64,000 nucleotides of DNA, from assembly GCF_009914755.1 (NCBI RefSeq), contig NC_060946.1; one strand, given 5' to 3'. The notes below the pieces were generated by a model, which was not told the DNA's origin, did not search any database, and was given only the letters and a program-made list of their open reading frames with translations. The translations under genes and the position numbers were made by a program. This document shows positions 1-15,300 of this stretch, piece by piece. Positions within the stretch are counted from its first letter, which is position 1. Each line of letters begins with the position of its first letter. This DNA is from the human T2T-CHM13v2.0 reference genome, Homo sapiens.

Positions 1-3000
1 TTTTATAGAGTGGAGTGGAATGGAGTCTTTTGGATTTTGGTGGAATGGAATGGATTTTTAGTGGAATGGAGTGGAATGGAATGGAATGAAATGGAAAGTA
101 ATGAAATGGACTGAAATGAAATAATGGAATGGAATGGAATGGAATGGAAAAGAATGGAAAGGAGTGAAAGGGAAAGGAGTAGAATGGAGTGAAGAGGATT
201 GCAGGGGAGTGTAGTGGAAAGGAAAGGAGTGGAAAGGAATGGAATGGAGTGGAGGTGAGTGGTGTGGAGTTGAGTTTAGTGGAGTGGAATGGAGTGGATA
301 GGAGAGGCATGAAGTCAAGTGGAGTGGAGTGGAATGGAGTGATTTGTATGGTGGTGGAATTGAATGGAATGTGGTGGAATGGAGTGGAATGGAATGGAAT
401 GGAGTAGAATAGAAAGGAATGGAAGTGAAAGTAAGGGAGTTGAATAGAATGGATTGGAATGCAGTGGATTGGAATGGAGTGGAATGGAGCGGAGTGGAGT
501 GGAATTGAATGAAATGGAATTCAATGGAATGGCGTGGAGTGGAGTTTAATGTAATGGAATGGAGTGGTGTAGAATTGAATGGAATGGAGTGGAGTGGAGT
601 GGAGTGAAATGCAATGGAGGGGAGTGAAGGGGAATGAAATGGAATGCAATGGAATGGAATTGTATGGAATGGAGTGGAAGTGAATGGGATCGAGAGGAGT
701 GAAATGGACTGGAAAGGAATGTAATGGAATTGAAAGGAATGGAATGGAAGCGAGTGGATTGCAATGGAATGGAATGGAATGGAGAGGAATGGAGTGGAGT
801 GGAGAGCAGTGGAATGGAATGGTGTGGAGTGGAGTGGGGTGTAATAGAGTGGAATGGAATGGAGTGGAGTGGAATGGAGTCGAGTGGAGTGGAATCAAGT
901 GGAATAGAATGGAAACGAAAGGACTGGAAAGAGATGCGAAGAGAGGAAGTGAGTGGAATGGATTGGAGTGGAATGTAGTGCAGTGTAGTGGATTGGAGAG
1001 GAATGGAGTGGAATGGAATGTACTAGAATGGGGGGTAGTGAAGTGGAATGGAATGGAGTGAAACGGATAGGAGCGGAATGGAGTGGAACGGTTTGGAGTG
1101 GAATGGCGTGAAATCGAGTGGAGTGGAATGTAATGGAATGGAATGTATTAGAGTGGAATGAAATGGAGTGGAATTGAGTGGAGATGAATGGAATGGAATA
1201 GAATCAAATGGAATGGAACAGAGTGGAATGGAATGGAATGGAATGTAGTGGAGTAGAGTCGAAAATAATGGAATGTACAGAAGTGGAATGGAATGGAGTG
1301 GAATGGAAGGGAATTGAATGCAATTTATTGGAATATAGTTGAATGGAATGGAATGGAATGATTTGGAATTGAATAGAGTGTAGAGGTATGGACAGCAGAG
1401 GAGTGGATTGGAGTGGAGAGAAATGCAGTGGAATCGTGAGGAATGGAGTGAAATATAATGGAATCTATAGGAGTGGAATGGAATGGAGTGGAGTGGAATG
1501 CAATGGACTGTAATGAAATGGAGAGAAATGTATTGGAGTGGAATGGAAAGTAATGGAGTGAAATGGAGTGGAATGGAAAGTAACAGAGTGAAATGGCATG
1601 GAATGGAATCGAGTGGAGTTGAATGGAATGGAATGGAAAGAAGTGGAATTGAGAGGAGCGGAGTGTAGTGGAATGGATTGCACTGGAATGGAATGGAATT
1701 AAGTTGAATGGAATAAAATGGAATGAAATGGAGTGGAATGGAATGAAGTGGAATGGAATGGAGTGCAATGGAATGGAGAGGAATGAAGTGGAGTGGTGAG
1801 GAGTGGAATGGAATGGAATCGAGTGGAATGGATTGGAATGGAATGGGACGGACTGCATTCGAGTGGCGTGGGTGGAATTGAAAGAAATGGAATGGATTGG
1901 AGTGGAGTGGGAAGCAATGGTGTGGAGTGGTGTGGAGGGGAGTGGAGTGGAGTGAAATGTTGTGGAGTGGAGTGGAATGGAGTAAAATGGAAGGGAATGG
2001 AGTGGAATGGAATGGAGTGGAAGGAATGGAGTGGAATGGAATGGAGTGGAATGGAATATAGAGGAATGGAATGGAGTGGAATGGAGTAGAATGGATTGGA
2101 ATGGAATGGAATGGACTGGAATAGAAAGGAATGGAAGGCTATTGATCGAATGGAATGGAGTGCATTTGAATGGAATGGAATGGAATGGAATGGACTAGCA
2201 GTGTGTGGAGTGGTGTAGACTGGAGTTTAATGGAATGGAATTGAATAGAGTGGAATGGAATGGAGTGCAATGGAATAAAGTGGAATGCAATGGAATGGAA
2301 AGCAGTGGAAGGGAATGGAATGAAATGTAATGGAAAGGAATGTTGGGGAGTGGAATGGAAATGAAAGGAATAAAATGTAATGGAGTGGATTGGAGTCGAG
2401 TGAAGAGGAATGGAATGGAGTGTAATGGAGTGGTATAGAATGGAATGGAATGGAGTGGAGTGGAGAAAATGGAGTGCAGTGGAGTGGAATGCAGTGGAGT
2501 GGAAGGGATTGGAATTGAATGAAATGGAGTGGATTGGAATGGAATGCAGGGGAATGGAATGGAGTGGACTGGAATGGAATGTAGAGAAATTGATTGAAGT
2601 GGAAGGGAATGGAATGGAGCGGAATGGAGTGCAGTGGAATGGTGTGGAGTGGAATGGAATTAAACGGAATGGAATGGAGTGGAGTGCACTGAAGTGGAAT
2701 GGAGTGGAGTGCAATGGAATGGAATGGAATGGAATGGTTTGGAATGGAAAGGAATGTGGTGGAATGTAACGGAATGGAGTGCAATGGAATGGAGTGGAAA
2801 AGAATGGAAAGTAATGGAGTTTACTGGAATGGAATGGAATGAAATGGAATGGAATGGAATGGATTGCAATTGAATGGAGTGGAATGGAACGGAATGGAAT
2901 CGAGTGGATTAGAATGGAATTGAATGGAATAGAATGGAACAGATCGGAATGCAATGGACTGGAATGGAATGGATAGTAATGGAATGGAATGGAAAGGAAT

Positions 3001-3100
3001 GGAATGGAATGGAATGGAAGGGAAGGGAAGGGAAGGGAAAGTAATAGAATGGAATGGTTTAGAATGCAATGGAGTGGAGAGGAATGGAATGGAATCGAGT

Positions 3101-3280
3101 GGAGTGGAATGAAATGGAGTGGAATGTATTGGAATGGAAGGGAATGGAACGGAATGGAATGGAGTGGAGGGGATTGGAGTGGAGGGCTGTGGATAGGAAT
3201 GGAGTGGAGTGGAATGGATAGGAATGGAAGGGAAAGGAATGGAATGGAATGGAGTGGAGGGGATAGGAGTGGAGGGCTGT
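3101..3280 (+). repeat. Local ~90-bp tandem duplication
   Basis: GGAGGGGAT(T/A)GGAGTGGAGGGCTGT occurs twice, with GGAGGGCTGT at 3181 and 3271. Confidence 0.8.
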
Positions 3281-6200
3281 AGAATGGAATGGAGTGGAAT
3301 CGAATGGAATAGAATGGAGTGGAGTGGAATGAGGTAGAGTGGAATGAAATGGAAGGAAATGGAGTGGAGTGGGGTAGAATGGAATTGAGTGTAATGGAGG
3401 GGATAGGATTCGACAGGTGTAGAGTGGAGTGGAATGTGGAGGAGTGGAGTGGAGTGGAATGGAATTAAATGGAATGGATTGGAGTCGAATGTAATGTAGT
3501 GGAATGGAGTGGAGTGCAATTGAATGGAATGGAATGGAATGGGGTGGAATGGAATGGGGTGGAATGTAATGGAGTGGAATGTAATGGAGTTTACAGGAGT
3601 GGAATGCAATAGGAATGCATTGAAGAGGGGTGGAACCGAATAAAATGCAGTGGAATGCAATGAAATGGATAGGAATGGAGTGGATTGGAATGGAGTGCAG
3701 TGGAATGGATTGGAATGGAATGGAATGGAATGGAATGGACAGGATTGGAATGGAATGGAGTGGAATGGAGTAGAATGGAATGAAATGTAATGGAATGGAA
3801 TGCAATGGAACGGAATAGAAAGGAGTGGAATGGAGTGTAATGGAATGGAACGGATCAGAATTGAATGGAATGGAACAGAGTGGAATGGATTGGAGTGGAA
3901 TGGAATGGAGTGGAGTGAAGTGGATTGGAACAGAATGGAATGGAATGGAATGGAGTGGAGTGGAGTGAAATGGAGTGGAATGGAATGGAGTGGAGGGGAG
4001 TGGAATGGAGTGGAGTGGAGTGGAGTGGAGTGAAATGGAATGGAATGGAATGGAGTGGAGTGGAGTGGAGTTGTGTGGATTGGAATGGATTGTAGTGTGG
4101 TGGTATGTAACTGAATGGAATGGAATGGAGTGAAGTAGAATGTAGTGGAGTGGAGTGGAATGGAATAGAAATGAATGGAATGGAATGGAACGGATAGGAG
4201 GGAAGTGGAGTGGAATGGAATGGAATGGAAAGTAGTTGAGTAGAGTGGATTCGAATGGAATGCAGTGGAATGGAATGGAATTGAAGGGACTGGATTGGAA
4301 CGAAATGGAGTGGAATGGAATGGAGTGGTGTGGATTGGAAAGAAATTGTGTGGAGTGGAATAGAATGGAATGGAATCGAGTGCAGTGGATTGCGGTCAAA
4401 TGGAATGGAATGCAATGGAGTACAGTGGAATAGAATTGAATTCATTGGAAAGGAATGGAATGGAATGGAATAGAATGGAATGGAATTGAATGGAGTGGAT
4501 GGGAAAGGAATCCATTACAGTGTATTGGAATGGATTGGAGTGGAATTGAATGGAATGGATTGGAATGGAATGGAATGGAATGGAATAGAATGGATTCGAA
4601 TGAAGTGGAGTGGAATGGAATGGAATGGAGCAGAGTGGAATGGAATGGATTTCAATGGAATGAAATGGAATGGTATGGAACGGAATGGAAAAGAATGGAA
4701 TGAAATGGAATGGAGTGGTGTGGAGTGGAATGGAATTCAGTGGATTGGAATGGAATGGAATGGAATGGAATGCAATGGAATAGATTGGAGTGGAGTGAAG
4801 TGGAGTGGAATGGAATGGACTGGAATGGAATGGAGTGGAATGGAACGGAGTGGAGTGGAGAGGAATGGATTGGAGTGGAACGGAATGGAATGCAATGGAA
4901 AGAAGTGGCGTGGAGAGGAATGGAATGATCTGGATTTCAGTGAAGTGGAATGGAATGGAACGGTTTGGAGTGGAGTGGAATGGAATGGAGTGGAAGGGAA
5001 TGGAGTGGAATTGCATGGAGTGGAGCGGAGTGGAGTGGAGTCTAATGGAATGGAATTGAGTGGAATAGATTGGAATGAAATGGAAATGAATGGATTGGAG
5101 TGGAATGGAATGGAGTGGGATGGAATGGAGTGGAAAGGAATGGAATGGAATGGAATGGAATGGAGTGGAATAGAATGGAGTGAAATGCAGTAGAGTGGAA
5201 TGGAAGGGAATGGATTGGAGAGGATTGGAATAGAATGGAATGGAATTCAATGGAATGAAGTGGACTGGAGTGGAATGGAATGGAATGCAATGGAAAGGAC
5301 TGGATTTGAATGGAATCGAGAGGAATGAAATGGACTGGAATGGCATGGAATGGAATGGAAAGGAGCGGATTTCAATAGAATGTAATAGAATAGAGTGGAA
5401 TGTAGTGGAGTGGAGTGCAGTGGAATGGAATGGTATGGATTGGAGGGGAGGGGAATGCTGTGGAAAGAATGGAGTGCAGTGGAGTGGAATGGAGAGGAGT
5501 GGTGTGGAATGGAAAGGAATAGAATGGAAACTAATTGAATGGAATGGAATGCAGAAGACAGGAGAGGAGTGGAATGGATTGGAGTGGAATGTAGCGGAAT
5601 GGAGTGGATGGGAATGGAATGCAGTGGAATGGAATGGAGACGAGTAGAATGGAATGGAAAGGAATGGAATGAAGTGGGGTGGAGTGGAATGGAATGGCTT
5701 GGAATGCAGTTGAGTGGAGTGGATTGGAATGGAATGCAGTGGAATGGAATGGAATGGAGTGGCACAGAATGAAATGGAATGGAGTGGGGTGGAGTGGACT
5801 GGAATTGACTGGAGTCATATAGAATGCAATGGAATGGAGTGGAGGACAGTGCAGTGGAGTGGGATAGAGTGGAATACAATGGAATGAAGAGGAATTGAAT
5901 GGATTGACTTGAGTGGAGTGGAATAAAGTGCAGTGGAATGGAAAGGAGAGGAATGGGAAGTAGTGGAATGCATTGGAGTGGAGTGGAGAAGATTGGAATG
6001 GAGTGGAGTGGATTGAAGTGTAATGCAATGGAGTGGAATAGAGTGGAGTGGAATGGAATGGAATGGAAGAGAGTGGAATGGAATGGAATGGAGAGGAACG
6101 GAATGGAGTGGAATGGATTGGAGTAGAGTGGAGTGTAATGGAATGGAGTGAAATGGAGTGGAGCATAATGGAATTTAATGGTGTGGAGTTGAGTGGAATG

Positions 6201-9200
6201 GAATAGAGTGGAATGCAATGGAGTGGAATGGAATGAAGTGGAATGGAATGGAGTGGAGTGGAGAGGAATGGAATGGGGTGGAATGGAGTGAAGTGGAGTT
6301 GAATGGACTGGAGTGGAATGGAATGGAGTGGTATGGAATGGAGAGGAATGGAATGACATCGAATGGAATGGAATGGAATGGAATGGAATGGAATGGAATG
6401 GAATGGAATGGAGTGGAGTGGAATGGAGTGGAGTGGAATGGAATGGAATGCAAAGGAATGGATTGCAATGGATTGGAGTGGAGTGGAATGAAATGGAGCC
6501 GAGTGGGGTAGAATGGAACGGAATGGAATGGAGTGGAGTGGAATGGAGTTGAGTGGAGTGCAATGGAATGGAATGGAATGGAATGATATGGAATGGTGAG
6601 AAAGGGAGTGGAAGGGAAAGGAATGGAGGGCAATGTATTGGAATGGAGTGGATTGGAATGGAATGTAGAGGAACAGAAAGGAAAGGAGTGGATTGAAATG
6701 GAATGGAATGGAACAGAAAGGAATAGAACTTAAAGAAATGGAATGGAATGCAATGGAGTGGGGTGGAGGGGAATGGAATAGAGTGGAGTGGAATAGAATG
6801 GAATGGAAAAGAATATCGTGGAGTGGAGTGGAGTGAGGTCGACTGGATAGTAATTGAAAGGAATGGAATGGAATGGAAAGGAAGGGAGTGGAATGGAATG
6901 GAGAGGAACGCAATGGAAAGGAGAGGAAAGGAATGGAGTGGAGTGGAGTGGATTTGAATGGAATGTACTGGAATGGCATGGAATGGAATGGAATGGAGTG
7001 GAGTGGAATGGAGTGGAGGGGAGAGAAATGGAATGGAATGGAATGGAGTGGATGGGAGTGAAGTGGAATGGAAACAAGTGCAATGTAGTAGAGTGAAGTG
7101 GATTGGAATGGAATATAGTTGAGTTGAATGCAATGGAGTGGAATGCAATGGAACGAAATGGAATGGAATGGAATGGAGTGAAGTGGAGTGGAATGGAATT
7201 GAGTGGAGTGGTATGGATTGGAATGGAATTGAATGGAGTGTAGTGGAGTGAAGGGGGTTCGACTGGAATGGAATTGAACGGAATGGAATGGAATGGATTG
7301 GAATGGAAATGAATAGAATGCGAGGGAGGGGAGTGGAATGGAATGGAATGGAACGGAAAGGATTGGAAAGGAATGGAGTGGAATGTAATGGCATTGAATA
7401 AACTGGAATGGAATGGAGTGGAATGGAGTGGAGTGGAATGGAATGGAGCGGAATGGATTTAAGTGGAGTGGAATGCATTGGAGTGATGAGAAACGGAATG
7501 GAATGGATTCCTGTGGAAAGGAATGAATTGGAATGCATTGGAGTGCAATGGAGAGGAATGGAGTGGAGGGCAATGGAAAGGAGAGGAATGGAACGGAGTG
7601 GAATGTAGTTGAGTGGAGTGGAATAGATTGGAGTGTAATGGAGTTTAGTTGAGTGGAATGGAATAGAGTGGATTGGAGTTGAATAGATAGGAATGGAATG
7701 GAATGGAATGCAGTGGAATGGAATGGGATGGAGTGGAGCTGGGTCAAGAGGATAGGAATGGAATGCAATGGAAAGGATTGGAATGGAATGGAATGGAGTG
7801 GCATGGAATGGAATGGAATGGAAATGAGTGGAGTGGAGTGAAATGTAATGCAGTGCAATGGATTGGAGAGAAATGGAATGGAATGGAATGAGGCGGTGTG
7901 AAATGAAATGCAGTGGAGTTCAATAGATTGGAATGGAATGGATTGGAGTGGATTAGAATGGAATGGAGTGGAATGGAATATAGTGTAATGGCATGGAGTG
8001 CAATAGAGGGGAATGTAATATAACGGTGCATAGTGGAATGGTATGCAATGGAATGAAATGGAATTAAATAGAAAGTAATGGAACTAAGTGTAGTGGAGTG
8101 GAATGGAATAAATTGGAATGGAATGCAATTGAGTGGAGTGGAGGTAATTGGAAGGGAATGGATCGGAATGGAACGGAAGAGAATGGAGAGGAATGGAATG
8201 CAATGGAATTTAATGGCACGGAATGGATTTGAATGTAATGGAATGGAAAAGAATTGAGTGGAATTGAATGGAATGGAGTGAAGTGGAGTGTAGAGGAGTT
8301 GAGTGCATGGGACTGGAATGGAACGGAGTGGAAAGGTGTGGAGAGGAAAGGAATGGAATGGAATGGAGTGGTGTGGAATGGAGTGGAAATGAATGGCATG
8401 GAATGCAATGGAGAGGAGTTGTGCAGTGTGGAATGGAATGGAGGGGACTGGAATGGAATGAAATGGAATTGAATTCAATGGAATGGAATGGAGAGGAAGG
8501 GAGTTTAGTGGAATGGAATGGAGTGGAATGGAAAGGAATGGAATTGAGTGTAGTGGAATGGAATGGAATGGATTAGAATTTAATGGATTGGACGAGAGTG
8601 GAATGGATTTGAGTGGATTTAAGTGGAATTGATTGGAATAGAATGGAGTGGAATGCAGTGGAGTGGAGTGGAGTGGAATGGAATGAAGTGGAGTGAAGTT
8701 GAATGGAACAAAATGGAATGGAAAGGAGTGGAGTGGAAAGGAATGGAGAGGAATGGAGAGGAATGGAATGGTGTGGAGAGTAATGGAATAGAATGGAATG
8801 CAGTGGAATTGAAAGCAAAGGAATGGAATGGAATGGAATGGAATGGAATGCAGTGAAATGAAGTGGAGTGGAGTGGAGTGGAATGGAACAGAGAGCAGTG
8901 AAGTGGAATTTAATGGAAAGGAATGGAATGGAATGGAATGGAATGGAATGGAATGGATTGGAATGGAATGGAATGGAATGGAATGGAGTGGTGTGAAATG
9001 AAAAGGGATGGACTGGAATGGAATGGATTGGAAAAGAATGGAATGGAGTGGAATGGCATGGAATGGAGTGGAATAGAGTGGAGTGGAGTGGAGTGGAATG
9101 TAGTGGACTAGAGTGGAATAGAGTGGAATGGAATGGAATGAGTGGAACAGAAAGGAATGCAATGGAATGGAATGTAGTGGAGCAGAGTGGAATGGAATGG

Positions 9201-11450
9201 AATGCAATGGATTGGAATGGAGTGGAATGGAGTGGAATGGAATGGAATGAAATGGAATGGAGTGGAGAGGTATGAAGTGGAGGCGAGTGGATTGGAGTGG
9301 AGAGGTATGGAGTGGAATCGTGTGGAATGGAGTGGAATATAATGGAATCGATTGGAGTGGAATGGAATGGGGTGGAGTGGAATGGAATGGAGTGGAGTGG
9401 AATGTAATGGACTGGAATGGAATGGAGAGAAATGGAGTGGAGCGGAATGGAATGGAATGGAGTGAAATGGCAAGGAGTGGAATAGAGTGGAGTTGAATGG
9501 AATTTAATAGAATGGAGTGGAGTTGAGAGGAGTGGAGTGGAGTGGAATGGACTGCACTGGAATGAAATGGAATGGAATTCATTTGAATAGAATAGAATGG
9601 AAAGGAATGGAGAGGAATGGAATGGAGAGTAATGAAGTGGAGTTGAGAGGAGTGGAATGGAATGGAGTGGAATGGATTGGAGTGGAATGGAGTGGAATGG
9701 AATAGGGTGGAAAAGATTGGATTGGAATGGAATGGAATGGTGTGGATTCAAGTCGTATGGGTGAAATGGATTGAAATAGAATGGAGTGGAGTGGAATGGA
9801 GTGGAATGGAATGGAATGGAGTGGATTTGAATGGCGTGGGTGGAATGGAATGAAATGAAATGGAGTGGAGTGGAGTGGAATGCAATTGTATGGAGCGGTG
9901 TGGAGAGGAGTAGATTGGAGTGAAGTGTTATGGAGTGGAGTGGAATGGAGTAAAATGGAATGGAATGGACTGGAGTGGAATGGAATGGAGTGGAATGGAA
10001 CAGAGTATAATGGAGTGGAGAGGAAGGAAATGGAGTTGAAAGGAGTGGAATGGAATGAAATGGACAGGAATAGAATGAAATGCAATGCTAAGTGATGGAA
10101 TGGAATGGAGTGTATTTGAATGCAAGGGAATGGAATGGAATGGAATGGAGTGGCGGAAAGTGGAGTGGTGTAGAGGGGAGTCGAACGGAATGGAATGGAA
10201 TGGAGTGGAATGGAATGGAGTGTAATGGATTGAAGTGGAATTGAATGGAATGGAAAGGAGTGGAGGAGAATGGAATGGAATGCAATGGAAAGGAATGGTG
10301 GGGAGTGGAAGGGAATTGTAGGGAATAACATGTAATGGAGTGGAGTGGAATTGAGTGACGTAGAATGGAATGGAGTGTAGTGGAGAGAATGGAGTGGAGT
10401 GCGGTGGAATTGATTGGAGTGGAATGGAGTCGAATGGAGTGGAATGCAGTGCAATTGAATGGAATCGATTGTAGTGGAATGGAGTGGAGTACAATGGAAA
10501 GGAAGGGATTGGAATGGAATGGAGTGGAATGGAAAGGAATGTAAAGAAATGGATTGGAGTGGAAAGGAATGGAGAGGACTGGAGTGCAGTGGATTAGAGG
10601 GGAATGGAGTGGAGTGGAATGGACAGGAGGGGAGTGGAGTGGAATGGTATGCAGTGGAAAGCAGTTGAGTGGAGTGGATTGGAATGGAATGTAGTGGAAT
10701 GGAATGGAATGGAGTGGAATGGAATGGAATGGAAGGGAGTGGAATGGAATGGAAGGGACTGGAATGGAATGAAATGGAAAGGAATGGAATGGAGGGGTGT
10801 GGAGTGGAATGGAATTGAGTGGACTGGAAGAGAATGGAATGGAATCGAGCGGAGTGGAGTGGTGTCGACTGGAATGGAATGGAACGGAGTGGAGTGGAAT
10901 GGAAGTGAATTTAATTTAAAGGAAGGGAATGGAATGTAATGGAATGGAGTGCAATGGAATGGAATGCAGTGGAGTGGATTGGAATGGAATGGAGTGGAAT
11001 GGAATGGATTGGATTGGAATGGAATGGAATGGAATGGAATGGAATTGAGTGGAGTGGAATGGAGTGCAATGGAGTGAGGTGGAAAGAAATGGAATTCAAT
11101 GGAATGGAATGGAACGGAATGGAATGGAATGGAATGGAACGGAAGGGAATGGAATGGAATGGAAAGGAACGGGATGGAATGGAAGGAAGTGGTGTGGAGT
11201 GGAATGAAACTGAGTGGAGTGGAATGGAATGGAATGGAATGCAATGGAAAGGAATGGAGTGGAGTGAAGTGGATTGGAATGGAATTGAGTGGAATGGAAT
11301 AGATTGGAATGGAATGGAGTGCAGTGGAGAGGAATGGAATGGAGTGAAATGGAGTGGAGTGGAATGGAACGGAGTGGAATGCAGAGGAATGGAATGGAGT
11401 GTAGTGGAACGGAATGGAACGGTGCGGAGTATAGTGGAATGGAATGCAGT

Positions 11451-11550
11451 GGAATGAAATGGAGTAGAATTGGACGGAGGGGAGTGCAGTGGAATGGAGT
11501 GGAATGAAATGGAGTAGAATTGGACGGAGGGGAGTGCAGTGGAATGGAGT
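11451..11550 (+). repeat. Perfect 50-bp tandem duplication
   Basis: GGAATGAAATGGAGTAGAATTGGACGGAGGGGAGTGCAGTGGAATGGAGT is identical at 11451 and 11501. Confidence 0.95.
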
Positions 11551-12280
11551 GGAATGGAAAGGAATGAATTGGAGATGAATGGAATGGAGTGGGACGCAAT
11601 GGAGTGGAAAGGAATTGAATTGAGTGGAGTAGAATAGAATGTAGCGAAATGAGGTAGAGTGGAATGGAATGGAACGGAATGGAATGGAGTGGAGTGGAAT
11701 GGAATTGAATGGAACTCAATGGAATGAAGTGGAGTGGAGTAGAATGGAGTGGAATGGATGGGAATGGAATGGAATGGAATGGAATGGAATGGAATGGAGA
11801 AGAGTGGAGTGGAGTAGAATGCAATAAAATGTAGTGAAGTGGAATGGAATGGAATGCAAGGGAAGGGAGTGGAATGTCATTGAGGGGATTTGAATGGAGT
11901 CGAGAGGAATGAAATGGACTGGAATGGAATGAAATGGAATGGAGTGGATTTCAATGGAATACAATGGAATGTAGTGGAATGGAGTGGAATGGAGTGCAGT
12001 GGAATGGAATATTGTGGAGTGGAGTGGAGGGGAATGGAGTGGATTGGAGTGGAATGGAAAGGAATAGAATGCTAACGACTGGGATGGAATGGAATGCAGA
12101 AGAAAGAAATGGAGTGGAATGGATTGGAGTGGAATGTAGTGCCGTGGTGTGGATTGCAGAGGAATTTAGCTAAGTGGTGTTGATTGGAATGGAATGTAGT
12201 GGATTGGAATGGAAACGAGTGGAAAGGAATGGAATGAAATGGAAAGGAATGGCGTGGGGTGGAGTGGAATGGAATGGAGT

Positions 12281-12364
12281 GGAATGTAGATGAGTGGAGT
12301 GGATAGAGTGGAATGTAGTTGAGTGGAGTGGATAGAGTGGAATGTAGTTGAGTGGAGTGGATAG
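12281..12364 (+). repeat. 29-bp unit x3 (breaks the 5-bp phase)
   Basis: GGAATGTAG(A/T)TGAGTGGAGTGGATAGAGT starts at 12281, 12310 and 12339 (last copy partial). Confidence 0.9.
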
Positions 12365-15300
12365 GAATGGAATGTAGTGGAATGGAATGGAATGGAGTGG
12401 CATAGAATGGAATGGAATGGAATGGAATGGAATGGAATGGAGCTGGGTGGAATGGATTGGAACTGAGTGGAATGATATAGAATGGAATGGAATGGAGTGG
12501 AGGACATTGGAGTGGAGTGGGGTCTAGTGGAATAGAATGGAATTGAGAGAAATTGAATGGATTTGACGGGAAGGGATTGGAATAACGTGGAGTGGAATCG
12601 AATGGAGAGGAATGGAAAGGAATGTCATGGATTCGATTGGAGTGGAGGGGAATGGAATGGAGTGGAGCGGAAAGGGGTGAAAGGGAATGGAGTGGAGTGA
12701 AATGGAATGGATTGGAAAGGAGTGGAGTGGAACGGAATGGAGTGGAAGGGAATGGAATGGAATGGATTGGAGTGGAGTGGAGTATAATTGAGTGGAGTGG
12801 AATGGAGTGGAGCATAATTGGATGGAAAGGTATGGAGTGGAGTGGAATGGAATGCAATGGAATGTAACGGAGTGGAATTGAATAGAGTGGAGTGGAATAG
12901 AATGGAGTGGAATGGAGTGGAATGGAGTGGAGTGGAGAGGAATGGAGTGGTATGGAATGGAGTGGAATGGAATGGCATGAATGGAATGGAATGGGATGGA
13001 AGGGAAGGGAATAGAATGAAATGGAATGGAATGGAATGGAATGGAATGCAGCTTTGTGGAATGGAACGGATTTCAAAGGAAAGGAGTGGAATGGAGTGGA
13101 GAGGAGTTGAGTGGAATGGAATGGAGTCAAGTGGAGTGGAAGGGAATGGATTGGAATGGAGTGGAGTGGAATGGAGTTGACTGGAGTGGAATGGAAGGTA
13201 ATGGAATGGAATGATATGGAATTGTGTGGAAGGGATTGGATTGGAATGGAAGGGAGTGCAATGTAGTGGAGTGGAGTTGATTGGAATGGAATGTAGAGGA
13301 AAAGAATGGAGAGGAGTGGATTAGAACGGAATGGAATGGAATGGAATGGCATTTAAAGAAATGGAATGGAATGGAATATAGTGGGGTGGAGGGGAATGGA
13401 ATTGAGTCGAGTGGAATAGAATGGAATGGAATAGAATATAGTGGAGTGGAGTGGAGTGAGGTCGACTGGATGGTAAATGAAAGGAATGGAATGGAATGGA
13501 ATGGAATGCAGTGGAAAGGAGTGTAGTGGAATGCAATGGAATGTTGTAGAATGGAATGGATTGGAGTGGAGTGGAGTTCAATGGAATGTAGTGGAATGGC
13601 ATGGAATGGAAAGGAATGGAATGGAATGGAGTGGAGTGGAATACAGTGGAGTAGAGAGAAACAGATTGGAATGGAAAGGACTGGAGCGGAGTGAAGTGGA
13701 TTGGAAAGGATTGGAATGAATTGGAGTGAAGTGGATTGTAATGGAATGTAGTGGAGTTGAATGGAATACAGTGGAATGCAATGGAATGAACTGGAATGGA
13801 ATGGCATGAAAAGGAATGGAATGGAATTGATTGAAGTGGAGTGGAATGGAATTGAGTGGAGTGGAATGGAATGGAATGCAGTGTACTGGAGTGGAGTGAG
13901 TTCGAGTGGAATTTAATTGAAATTAATGGAATGTAATATAATGGAATGGAATGGAAGGAATTGGAATGGAACGGAATAGAATGCGATGGAGGGAAGTGGA
14001 ATGGCATGGACCGGAAAGGATTGGAGTGGAATCGAAAGGCATGGCATAGATTGGCATGTAATGGAGTGGAATGGAGTGGAGTGGAATGGAATGGAGTGGA
14101 ATGGATTGGAGTGGAGTGGAATGCAATGGAGAGGAACGGAGTGGAGTGGAATGGAATGGAATTGATCGCTTTGGCAAGAATGAAATGGAATGCATTGTAG
14201 TGGAATGGAGAGGAATGGAGTGGAGTGCAATGGAATGGAGAGAAATAGAATGGAGTGGAATGGAGTTAAGTGGAGTGGAATAGATTGGATTGGAATGGAG
14301 TTAAGTGGAGTGCAATGGAATGGAGTGGAACGGAGTTGGATGGAGTGGAGTGGAATGGAATAGAATGGAGTAGGGTGGAATGGAATGGAATGGAGTGGGG
14401 TGGAATGGAGTGGAATGGAATGGAATGGAATGGAATGGAACGGAGGATTGGTGTGGAGTGAAATGGAATGGAATGAAGTGGAACGGAATGAAATTGAATG
14501 GAATTCAGTGGAATGGAATGAAATTGAATGGAATTCAATGGAATGGAATGGAATGGAGAGGATGGGACTTTAGTTTAATGGAATGGAGTGGAATGAGTGG
14601 AGTGGAATGGAATGGAATGGAATGGAATTGAGTGGAGTGGAATTGAATGGATTGGATTGGAATGGAACGGATTAGGAAGGGAGTGGAATGGAATTGAGTG
14701 GTGTGAAGTGGAATTGAATGGAATGGAATGGAGCAGAATGTAGTGGAGAGAAGTGGAATGGAATGGAGTGGATAAAATTGAAAGGAACAGAATGGAATGG
14801 AATAGAATGGAATGGAATGGAATGGAGTGGAATGGAATGGAATGGAGTGGAATAGAATGGAATGTAATGGTGTGGAGTGGAATGGAATGAAATGGAATGC
14901 AGTGGATTGGAATGGAATGGAATGGAATGGAATGGAATGGAGTGAAATGGAGTGAAGTGGAGTGTAGTGGAACAGAATGGTGGACAGTGAAGTGGAATTT
15001 AAAGGAATGGAATGCAATGGAATGTAAAGGAATGGAATGGAGTGGAGTTGAATGGAATGGAGTGGTGTGAAATGAAAAGGAATGGAATGGAATATAATGG
15101 ATTGGAACAGAATGGAATGGAATGGAATGGAATGGAATGGAATGGAGTGGAATGGAGTGGAGTGGAGTGGAATGGAATGGAGTGGAATAGAGTGGTATGG
15201 AAAGGAATGGATTGGAATAGAGTGGAACGGAATGGAATGGAATTTAAGGGAATGGAATATAGTGGAAAGTAATGGAATCGAATGGAACGTAGTGGAGTAG

